Below are positions 1-9,762 of a DNA stretch of 64,000 bases, one piece after another. The stretch is taken from positions 1 through 64,000 of the forward strand of contig OW569389.1 of NCBI GenBank assembly GCA_937625935.1. The letters run 5' to 3'. Within the stretch, counting starts at the first letter, position 1. Every line of letters begins with the position of its first letter. Source of the DNA: Tetramitus jugosus. Taxonomy: Eukaryota; Protista; Heterolobosea. Under the pieces are notes generated by a model. The model was not told the DNA's origin, made no database searches, and saw only the letters and a list, made by a program, of their open reading frames with translations. The translations under genes were made by a program, and so were the position numbers.

Positions 1-771
1 CCAAACCCAAACCCAAACCCAAACCCAAACCCAAACCCAACCCAAACCCAACCCCAACCCAAACCCCCAAACCCAAACCCAAACCCAAACCCAAACCCAA
101 ACCCAAACCCAAACCCAAACCCAAACCCAAACCCAAACCCAAACCCAAACCCAAACCCAAACCCAACCCAAACCCAAACCCAAACCCAAACCCAAACCCA
201 AACCCAAACCCAAACCCAAACCCAAACCCAAACCCAAACCCAAACCCAAACCCAAACCCAAACCCAAACCCAAACCCAAACCCAAACCCAAACCCAAACC
301 CAAACCCAAACCCAAACCCAAACCCAAACCCAAACCCAAACCCAAACCCAAACCCAAACCCAAACCCAAACCCAAACCCAAACCCAAACCCAAACCCAAA
401 CCCAAACCCAAACCCAAACCCAAACCCAAACCCAAACCCAAACCCAAACCCAAACCCAAACCCAAACCCAAACCCAAACCCAAACCCAAACCCAAACCCA
501 AACCCAAACCCAAACCCAAACCCAAACCCAAACCCAAACCCAAACCCAAACCCAAACCCAAACCCAAACCCAAACCCAAACCCAAACCCAAACCCAAACC
601 CAAACCCAAACCCAAACCCAAACCCAAACCCAAACCCAAACCCAAACCCAAACCCAAACCCAAACCCAAACCCAAACCCAAACCCAAACCCAAACCCAAA
701 CCCAAACCCAAACCCAAACCCAAACCCAAACCCAAACCCAAACCCAAACCCAAACCCAAACCCAAACCCAA
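1..771. repeat. Telomere, (CCCAAA)n / G-strand (TTTGGG)n, left chromosome end
   Basis: About 128 near-perfect CCCAAA units start at base 1, with the C-rich strand 5' as expected at a left end. A few variants (CCCAA, CCCCAA, CCCCCAAA) occur only distally (~36-71, ~162-166). Confidence 0.97.
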
Positions 772-1256
772 GTCAAAATCTATTTTCTCATCAAAATCTC
801 AAAATCATCTTAAAACCAATATTTATGCAGGAATACAATGACAGTCTTTGTAAAGCGATGTTATTCTCCTTCATATATCCTTTCATTACTTTCCAAACTC
901 CTTTCCTGTCTTTGTATCCTCTTTGTTTCACTTATTGTATTTATGTTTGCACTCCTTCATCCAAGTTGGACCTGCATCAAAGGAGTTTAAGCTCCTTCAT
1001 CATTCTTTGTTACAAAATATTTCATGTTGTGTCCTTTGCCTTCTCCTTGTCCCACGTTCCTGTTCATCGTCCATCGTCAATTTCATTCACTGCCGGGAAT
1101 GTATTCATTAGGATGTTGTATTCGCCCACAAAGTATTACAATCAAGTTATGAAGGAGTTCAATCTTGTCGTTCAACTGACCCTCTCACACAGCATCTTCC
1201 TTCAGAAGTTCGAAACTCCCTGACCTCAGTCCCAAGTTCCTCTGTCGATATCTTCT

Positions 1257-1478
1257 TAGGCGGAACTATCTGGTTCCTCTTAGACATGTGTGCATTTAGG
1301 CGGAACCAGCTGGTTCCACTGAAAATGTCATATTATAGGCGGAACCAGATAGTTCCACTGACAAAGTCAAGTTTTAGGCGGAACCAGCTGGTTCCTCTGT
1401 AAAGTCGAAAATTTAGGCGGAACCAGATAGTTCCTCTGTAAAAAAGCTTTTCTAGGCCGAAATGCCTGGTTCCGCCTA
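1257..1478. repeat. Subtelomeric array of 24-bp palindrome-containing repeats, period 39-40 bp, ending in an inverted half-copy
   Basis: TAGGC-GGAAC(N6)GTTCC-WCT units at 1257, 1297, 1336, 1375 and 1414, separated by 15-16-bp variable linkers. A degenerate unit at 1453 contains CTGGTTCCGCCTA (1466-1478), the reverse complement of TAGGCGGAACCAG. Confidence 0.93.
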
Positions 1479-1696
1479 TTTTTTCGACACTCATCAGTCA
1501 ATAGCTCCAAGAGATTTGGGTTTTCTGAGTTCAAAACCCAACTCCATATCACAGTTTGGGGGATAGTTCAGAATCTATAGTGAGTTGTTCCATACAAAGC
1601 TTAAGTTGAACATTCCAGACCATAAAGAATACAAAAACAACTTTTACAACGTACAGTTGACTGTATTCAGCCAGTCTTGGCTAGCCGATATGTGAC

Positions 1697-1720
1697 AACC
1701 CAAACCCAAACCCAAACCCA
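1697..1720. repeat. Internal telomeric tract (~3.5-4 CCCAAA units), same orientation as the terminal telomere
   Basis: AACCCAAACCCAAACCCAAACCCA at 1697-1720. Confidence 0.95.
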
Positions 1721-3693
1721 CCCGCATTTCTCTGCCCAATTACTTTCTTCATCTAACTCCATAGTATCCACATAGTCTTCATCATCAGATTCAGATTCAT
1801 CACCAGATTCATCAGGTTGACCATACATTATGTCAGATTAATTGACAAGTATTGATGCACATTCTGCTTCCAGTTCTTCGTCAGACTCGGGATAAATTGG
1901 AGCATCTGGATCATTTTCATCACTCTCAGTTCCAGAGATCACAGATTTATCCAGATCAGATTTGGCATATATTCTCTTGTTGTAGTCGCTCTGCTTCCCC
2001 AACCACTTCAGATCATTACTGCTGCACAGATACACTCGACGAAGAAGTAATAAGAATATCTGTAGATGAGAGTCCTTCTTCTTCCAACCACCACCCTTAC
2101 TTGAAGCATTATCTCGAATTTGAGTGTCGGTAGAATGGAAGGCTTCAGCACCTTGGTTTTGCAGTTGAGACCAAACAAGATCATTATCTGCTTCCTCTGG
2201 AACATGACGAACTATGTAGTGGTAGTAGTATGATCCTTTGACATTGGGGTATCTATAACGAAATACTATTCCAAACGCTTTGCAGCATGCTGAGGAATTG
2301 CTTGTCACGGAGCTTGAGAGTTTCAGAGTCAGCCTCTAGATACACTAAGTGTATATATCTATTCAAGCGTAAGAGAAGAAGTTCGCTGGGATCAGCAATA
2401 TCCTCGAAGGCATGTTCGATATTCATCATCATCTCAGTGATCTGGATACCCCTACTGAATAGAAATCGTTTGGAGGTCTGATCAAAGTTATCATCATCTT
2501 CATCACCTTTCTCCTCTCTCCATTTGAATTTCTTCAGACTTGCATATTGCTTAATCCTGGCTGCAAGCTTGTCATACAGAGTTTGATCTTTCCGACTGAT
2601 GAGTTCTGCATTTGCAATGGAGTATGCAGTATCTAGCAACTGCCCCATTTAATCCATTCTTGAAGACTAGAATTCGAGCATTATATGGAATGTAGTGGCC
2701 AGTGGTTGGATCTGGAGCATATGATCTGTGTCTCTCATGTAATGGACAGTCACAAATTCCACAGAACATGCCATTGTCAAACATGTTGGTGAAATATTCC
2801 AGTCATTGACAACATACAGCTGGCATTGGAGGAGTTTGTCCTTGTATTGCATGCCATTCAGGCTCACGTTCGTCAGTCCAGGAAGGACTTTATGGAAATG
2901 TGATTTGAACTCTTGCTCACCCTCATCACCAGAATACATGGAAAGCAGAATACAGGAGTCACGAGATTGTACAGCAAAAACTTTGCAGTTCAGATGAGAT
3001 ATAGTGAAGACGACAATCCCTTTTGATCCATCAACAGATGCTTTGATCTTCAATACGTCATCCAGATTCCCATGGTGATTCTCTTCTATCTGCAACAATG
3101 CCTTCAGAACAGGAAGGTAGAATGACCTTGGCCAGTTGCTCTGACTACATTGCATTTCTTCCTTCTGGAATTACCCTTTCGAGGTATTAGTTCGCCTGAT
3201 TAGAGCAGGAGAATTATCAGAGTTTGATAGTGGAATTGCATCACTTGAAGCAGTAGTCTGACTTGGAATCAGAAGACACTGGATCAAGGCTGGAGCTGAT
3301 CTGTTGTGCGTTGTTCTCAACTGGAGCTGCGGTGGCCTCAGATACCATTCGTGTAGGCTCATAGTGGAAAGCATTGATAACTTGTTGATTCAACTTTTGT
3401 CTGCGCTTGTCGATTGTATTCTGGTGCTTCAAGACGTTCACGAAGTTGAAGTACGTTCTCAGAGCTGCGTATTTCTGTAAACTAACGAGGTACCAATCTA
3501 AGAAGTAGATAGTACTATTAGTATCGAGATGAAGGAGAGTAGAATTTAGAGTGATGAGTGTGAACTTTCTCATTTCGATATGCTTTCTTGTAGATTTGGC
3601 CATTACTTTGCCCAGAATAGCTTTCAAATCATGGATATGATGAAGATAGTAGTATGCAATCAACTGGACTCTACTGTCCTTATCACGTACCAC
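1721..3693 (-). mobile_element. Frameshifted RAG1/Transib-like (RNase H-fold DDE) transposase pseudogene, 3'-truncated by the telomeric tract
   Basis: Consecutive minus-strand ORFs give, in order: IKASVDGS (D at 3030-3032), QSRDSCILLSMYSGDE, YVVNDW (D at 2802-2804), FCGICDC (2746-2763), FRYRYPNVKGSYYYHYIVRHVPE (H at 2219, 2204) and QNQGAE (E at 2144-2146), then an acidic tail. This is the RAG1 motif order. At least 4 frameshifts and 2 in-frame stops. Confidence 0.8.
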
Positions 3694-4113
3694 AGAATCA
3701 ATGAGGGTAGTATGAGCTTGCTCTCATTCAACAACGAAATCTCTCCATCATATCCAGATTATCTCTGTAACTGGTGAAAATCATCAAGTCAAGAGAATTT
3801 CAAGTCAATCAGAAATCATGTCCTGGAATGCAACTCAATCCGCTTAAAAAACAACAAAAAATGACTGAAATAACAGATTTAATGCTTCAAAAGAATGTAA
3901 AGGTCTAAAATCCCAGTCTATAATCTGAAAAAACTGTTCTCTTATCAGTCCAGTGTTAATCTCATTCTTTTCTGAAAAATCCTGTCATAAAGGTCTGTTG
4001 CTGTTTTAATCTTGTTGCAGTTAAAATCTGTTAATTACAGTAGAGATAGATCGTCTCTTAGAGACGATAATTCTCAATACCGCCACACTGTTCCGTACTG
4101 TCAGATGAAGCCG

Positions 4114-4630
4114 TCAGTGGGAAAGTGTAAATAATTCTGTTAGCAATCTTACTGAAAACCAGACTGGTTTGTCCTTCGTTGTTTCTGCCCATTCAGAGAA
4201 CTTTCCCGGTACAAGATTGTTTCCTCCAACACTAGTTACTTGGGTTGTGCTGACCTTTGACTTGAATTTCTCATACTTTTCCTTATCGTAAGAATGTTTT
4301 TTAGCAGCTTCAATGTCAAGCTGAGAAAGTAGATGAAAGTTAGCAGCAGCATCTATATCTACATGTGCTTGTTCCAAGTATTCTCTACTCTCTTTGTCGA
4401 TGGCAAAACTCTGTACAAAGAGTTCATATGCATCTGGGTCGTATCTATCGAAAGGTAGTTTTGAAACGGCGTTTGTAAATTGAGTTGACAGCTTCATTCC
4501 CGGAGCATAGGTGCCCAACTTCCACCAAGTAACCTCAGAGTAGGTATAAATCGTGGAAAACTCCTTCTCGATAGTCTGTTTGATCATATGTCTAACCTGT
4601 TTTGAGTATGAAAAGCCTCCAGTGAAGTCT
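4114..4630 (-). pseudogene. MACPF (perforin-like) domain fragment with the central signature deleted
   Basis: FTNAVSKLPFDRYDPDAYELFVQSF and VTSVGG...FSEWAETTKDKPVWFSVRL match the MACPF flanking motifs. The GTH(Y/F)-x6-GG segment that should follow FVQSF is missing, and there is no credible start. Confidence 0.72.
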
Positions 4631-5318
4631 TTTAAGAAATATTTACATTCAAGAATATGGAGTTGTTCTGAGTCAGAAAGGGACTCTAGAAGCACAAGTA
4701 TACCAACTTGGAACTCAGTTGAACCATGCACGTGCAACTCTTCAGTCTAATGTGGGAAATATTGATTCGGGCACAACTAAAATAGAGGGTGCATGTCTCA
4801 CAACAGATAACCGCAGCAGCAGGGACTGAAGTTCAGTTATCAAATAAGGATACCAACGGTTTTGATATTGGCGAAAGGATGAAGCAGATCTGTCAGGACT
4901 TCTTGTAAAATGTGCCAAAAAGGAGACTTTGACGTTGCTGTGAATGACTACAGATCCGTGCATGGAGTGTATGAATACAGATGAAGTATTCGTACTGGGT
5001 AAACCGTAGTCAGCGGAATTATTGACAGATATGAAGCTTCAATAAAGATTACTTTTTATTGGTGTTCATACTTGAGTAGTGCAATGGTACGTGCAATCGC
5101 GTCAGTTACTTTCTCATCTACTAGTTGTCGATCGATGTGCATATGGCTTCTTATCTTTCAGTACAACTCTGATGTACTTGCTTTGTTTTGTTGTCATTTG
5201 ATACTCAGTCAACAATTACACAACACATGGAATTTATAAGCATAGAGTTTACAACGAAAGTGTTGGACGAACTCCTGTTTGTAAGAAATCACGCAAAAAA
5301 ACAAACAAACTCATAGTT

Positions 5319-5738
5319 ATGCCACGTAACATATCAGAAGAATTGGTAATCACAGAAATCAAGGACCTTGGTAGAGCAATGTCTTGTAATGCCACGCGTC
5401 CAAGAGCCATACTTAGTGAACTAAGGAGTATGATAGGTCCAAGACCTGAACGTTTTAGCAAAGGGAACATATCAAGATATACCAATGTATTGACTCAGTT
5501 GAGAAATCACACACACTCTATACAGCGAGTTACTTATTCGTCTCAACAGAGGATGTGGGATGCTATTAATGATGCAATTACGTATTTGGAAACACGAGTG
5601 CAAGCAGCTACTGTTACTCAAACTACCACCATCACATACGCTCCAAAGAAAGAAATAACAGTCAAGAACAACACAACATGTGTGCATTGGGTTAGGTTTA
5701 TAAATCGTAGGGGCAATTTTTTTCTTCATCTACACTGA
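5319..5738 (+). pseudogene. Hypothetical protein or gene fragment
   Basis: 139-aa ATG ORF with protein-like composition. The frame continues past a TGA. No recognisable family. Confidence 0.3.
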
Positions 5739-6228
5739 GAAAACATGATAAAACTATACTCGGATCATTCAAATACAAAATCTCTGATAGAGAAGGTTGT
5801 TCACCAGACAAGGACACTTTTGAATGGTGGACGTCCAGAACAGTTACCAGTATATCAATCACATCTGGACAAAGGGTCGATCCATTGTTTGCAGCTAATC
5901 AAATGAGACATTTCATTCAAGATGCAAAGAGAATACAAGATGTCAAGTTTATGTTTGCATCAGATTAGTTTGGTGCTACAACAATACACAGGAAGAGTAA
6001 CCCATTAATCCATTGGGTTACTCTGCATTTGATATGTATTCATACGTGTCTGGTATGATGAAATGTTCCAGAATGGGTGCTTGTAAAGAGGTCAAAACTC
6101 TTGTTGATGAGATTGAATGAGGGTCTGCCATGGATCCCATTGCGATTTGGTACAACAGGCAGTTCGATGGCAACAAGTGTTGAAAATGAATGTGTATGGT
6201 ATCTATAAAAACGATGTAGTAATAAACA

Positions 6229-6390
6229 TTAATTATATTGATTCGCTCTATCCTGGTTGAAAACAACTCCTTGTCGTGCTTTGATTTCTGCTCGAAGCTG
6301 TTGCAGCTCTTGAGAAATTTGTTGATTTGCTTGCTGTACCATGTCTTGCACCATCTGACTAAGTGCATCATCATCAGTTGGTTGGTTCAT
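6229..6390 (-). CDS. Small Gln-rich helical/coiled-coil ORF (53 aa, below the ORF-track cutoff)
   Basis: Manual translation MNQPTDDDALSQMVQDMVQQANQQISQELQQLRAEIKARQGVVFNQDRANQYN*, flanked by AT-rich sequence. Confidence 0.4.
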   Translation of the reverse strand: MNQPTDDDALSQMVQDMVQQANQQISQELQQLRAEIKARQGVVFNQDRANQYN

Positions 6391-6675
6391 GTGCACCCTT
6401 TTCTAAATTTTGAAATCAAATAAATGAACAAGCATTGAAACCTTCTATAAAGCAGTTAGACTAGCTTTTAACAGCAAAGACTTTAGATTATTGAACAACG
6501 TACGTCATTGTCCATGCTATTACGAGCAAAGTCAATGGGCAAACGAGTATGTTGATGATAGAATAGCAGGCGATGAAGGAAGTGATGAATTGGAGCACTG
6601 GAAATTTATTAAACAGATGATTAATGAAGAGAGCTTCATAGATGGACCAAGACCATGTGAAACAAACAAATAAAT

Positions 6676-7763
6676 TTATAATGTCATAAAGTTGAGGTAT
6701 GGCTTAGCTGGTGTTTGATCAGTCTTTGCAACACATGATACAAATGCATCACTTTTCTTAAATCTGGCATATGTGTCATTCATTAGTAGCTCCATCTCCT
6801 TCTCTGTACCATCAAAGGTATACCTTTATCAATCTGAGTAATACCTGATCTAACTACTGCCCTCAATTTGTCATTGATATTGATCATATGAATAGATTCT
6901 TCAAGGAAATAGTCTTTCCAGATATATCTAGCATGTCGAATACGTTCTTGTACTGGTTCGAGAGTTCTATACTTCTGTATTTCCTTCCATAGATCAATAT
7001 TCTCTGGTGAACGCTCTGCTTCACAGTAACCATAGAAACCTTGGAAATATATAGGATCTCTCAATGCATCTCTTATACCAATTTCTCTTGACGATCCTTT
7101 ACATTGATCTGACAATTCCTTTGCTTTTTTTGCGTAGACATTGGTAAGTTTGTCATTGGGTATCTCCTTTAGCACACCAACCAGACTTGTACGAATGTAT
7201 GCTATGTGGATCTGCAAGTAACATCTCCTCTTCCTTTCCATTAATCAGTATTCTACCAACATCTCTGAGTTTAACTATATTCTTTTTGAGTTTGGTAGCT
7301 TTGTTGAATGCTGTCTTAGTAATCAGTAACACTGCATCAAATCTATTTGCTAACTCTTTGAGAGTGTCTAAACAACAGTGTTTCTACCAAGTACAGATCC
7401 CTTCATTCTCGTAGACGATCCCAATGTACCAACCAATGTCTTACCACTGTGGATACTTACAGCTAGTATTGGTGATCCAGTGAATGTTGCAGCAAGTGCA
7501 TGCATATCAAGTGCAGCTTTAATAGCTGGATCTGTTCTCTTAAAGTAAGCAATGAAACCAGATTGTGTAAAGTCATATATGAAGCCCTTGCATCTCAAAA
7601 CTGCCAATTCAAACGCATCTGTGAAGTCGTTGAGATAAGTTAATTTCTTTTCCTTGACAAGATTCATCTCATCGATATTCCTTATATCTACTGTAAGTAT
7701 GGCTGAAGTAAACACTCCTTGTCCTCCAATTCTTGCTTTTCCATGTTCTTCTATTACATTCAA
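6676..7763 (-). pseudogene. Class III nucleotide cyclase + RGS domain fusion, frameshifted 3' fragment
   Basis: Cyclase motifs AILTVDIRN, AIKAALDM, SIHSGKTLVGTLGS and (shifted frame) LLITK...RDVGRILINGKEE. RGS motifs FYGYCEAERSPENIDLW, IWKDYF...ININ and (shifted frame) DTYARFKKS. At least 3 frameshifts. Confidence 0.82.
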
Positions 7764-8264
7764 AAAGCTTTAATATCCAGTTGCTGATTTACTGCCTGAT
7801 TCCTGAGAAAAGATACCTCAACAGCAACCAAACAATGCAACATTGCCAAGAGGAGACATGACAACACCACTTTCATCAATACATGGGTATTAACAACAAC
7901 AACAACAACAACAATGGAAATCATCACAATTGTTGTTGCTTCCATTGCATCATGTCTCAATTGCATCACCAATCCATTCCTCCCAATCACAGTCTCCGGT
8001 GTGGATTGGCTCATGCCAGTTCGCAATGAACAACAAAAGCGTTTCACAGACTGCTGGAATAAATGACACTGTACAACTGATGACCCCGAATCCCAACACT
8101 CCCAACATTGACATTGCTTTGCTTGTGATTGATCGATTGGCAATGAATCCGGGGACTCTATGCTTCGACTCTGACTCGTCTACTAACTTGTATCCAGTGT
8201 CCATGAACTGCAACAATATCAAATAGGCAAATGATAAAATCACGAGAGTCACTAATTAAGTAGT

Positions 8265-8872
8265 GAGAGGAAAAGGAGCGAATGAAGCCCCATCCTTTGG
8301 CTGAGGGAGTGAATCTGTGATCAGCTGTGAAAACCATTTGTTGAGATATGAGTGCCACAATCTCCAATACACAAACTGTGACGCACACAACAACCGTGCT
8401 TCTGGAAGGCTACGCTAGGCACCAACACAGCAGAGTCGTAAGCATACACATCAGAGGGTGCATACTTGACTCTGATGCTTGTCTGTACGAACGGAATGGA
8501 GGCAGTTACCCGATTTGTTCTGCTTGCGTCGGTTGTAACAAACCTGCCCGAGTAGGATGACATTGCAAACGCGAGGTAAACAGGCTTGGATCGAACTGGG
8601 ACATCCAACCTGAAGTTCTTACCAGGACTGCATCCTGTAGGTGCAGTTGGATCTTTGCTCAGAAAATCGTACTGGAGTATCACAGTCTGGGCACGAGGCC
8701 CAGGGCAATCACCATAGGCAACAAATAACCAATAACAGTGAGGTATGGCGTGGCATGATTGTGTGTTTGTGTTTCTGTGGATTGCAAAATTCAAGTCTCG
8801 ATTCGGCTTTGCAATAAATGGATATCCTCCTGAAAAATCTGCCATATAGAATTCTATGCTGCCATTTGACAA
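8265..8872 (-). pseudogene. Mosaic of gene fragments, including a possible MATH/TRAF-like piece
   Basis: 183-aa ORF of unknown family, followed in another frame by HRFTPSAKGWGFIRSF, which resembles the MATH HRF-x4/5-(D)WGF motif. Confidence 0.3.
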
Positions 8873-8932
8873 TAGTGATGCTGGAGCTTTTGTCTCAACC
8901 TGGAAAGATCCAATTGTAAGGGTGATATTTCA

Positions 8933-9619
8933 GTGCTCCATATTCCTCCATTCACAGAAAGCCGTGACTTGGTCTCTGCTATAAGGGACAATAGCTTTGC
9001 CAAATTAATCACTACCATTGTAGTGAATGGCAATGAACCACTCTTGTACACGTCGACTGTTCTCTTTACCTTGAAAAAGAACCCTTGTGACACTAGTGCA
9101 GGTGAACCGACATACTCACTACAGTTCCATTTGGGTAAAGCCAATTCTCACTGTCAGTTGATGGCAAGTGGAGCAACAGGCACGATGAAACATCTTGTAT
9201 TTTTCAACGGACCACATGCATACACTTCTCCAAAAATCTACCCAGAAACCATTCAAAGCAAATCTGTTCCAACTTGGAACTATGTGCAGGTTCAAGTTGA
9301 ATCAAAATCATTGAACGAACAACAATTAATTTCTTCTGTTTATGACTTGACAGAAATTTATGAACCAGAAGCTTATGAATTATGGGATAACGAAAAGGTA
9401 GATCCTGCGTAAAAGAATGGCTTACTGAAGGGAATTATTGGATTTGAAATCAAATGTGATCATATTAAGGGCAAATTCAAGTTGTCTCAAAACAAGTCAC
9501 AAGAAGCTATCCAACAAGTGATTAAAGGATTGAAAGCAACAAATGAGTATGAAACTACAGCATCTATGAACGTGACAGAGTGGATGGAAAAGGTTTCTGT
9601 GAAAGATGTTAGCTCATAA
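8933..9619 (+). pseudogene. paiB: PaiB-family FMN-binding split-barrel (negative transcriptional regulator-like) pseudogene
   Basis: HIPPF, FHLGKAN, FNGPHAYTSP, VPTWNYVQV, then after an in-frame TAA (9410-9412) LLKGIIGFEI...GKFKLSQNK to TAA at 9617-9619. No ATG start. Confidence 0.85.
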
Positions 9620-9762
9620 AATATGCGTCAAGTGCAAGGTTATTGGACCTGTTGCTTGCTTGGTCTTGCTTCGGCATACTTCATGGTACTCTGTTCTCTT
9701 TTTGTGTGGTAGGCGGTAATACAGTCTGATTAAGAAAGGCTTGCAGTTTATAAATTCAATGT

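Noticed and set aside
825-1223. 132-aa plus-strand ORF as a gene, or its minus strand as a C->T-riddled pseudogene
   Set aside because: The plus ORF has antisense-like F/S/L composition. One minus frame reads protein-like if 6 TGA and 4 TAA are reverted to CGA/CAA, but 10 stops in ~130 codons is about what AT-rich non-coding DNA gives. Unsupported without homologues.
1257-1478. True CRISPR array
   Set aside because: Eukaryotic telomeric context, no cas genes, linkers only 15-16 bp and partly similar to each other, repeat cores variable. Kept as a binding-site array instead.
1550-1639. RSS-like signal (CACAGTT at 1550, ACAAAAACA at 1631) beside the RAG1-like gene
   Set aside because: Each is one mismatch from consensus and they are 74 bp apart, not 12 or 23; expected by chance.
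772-5000. RAG2-like partner gene
   Set aside because: No kelch-repeat or PHD pattern visible on either side of the transposase.
1740-9700. CpG depletion (methylation/RIP-like decay) in subtelomeric pseudogenes
   Set aside because: CpG looks sparser than in some inner genes by eye, but intact genes such as 58980-62750 are also CpG-poor. Needs windowed observed/expected values and parent alignments.
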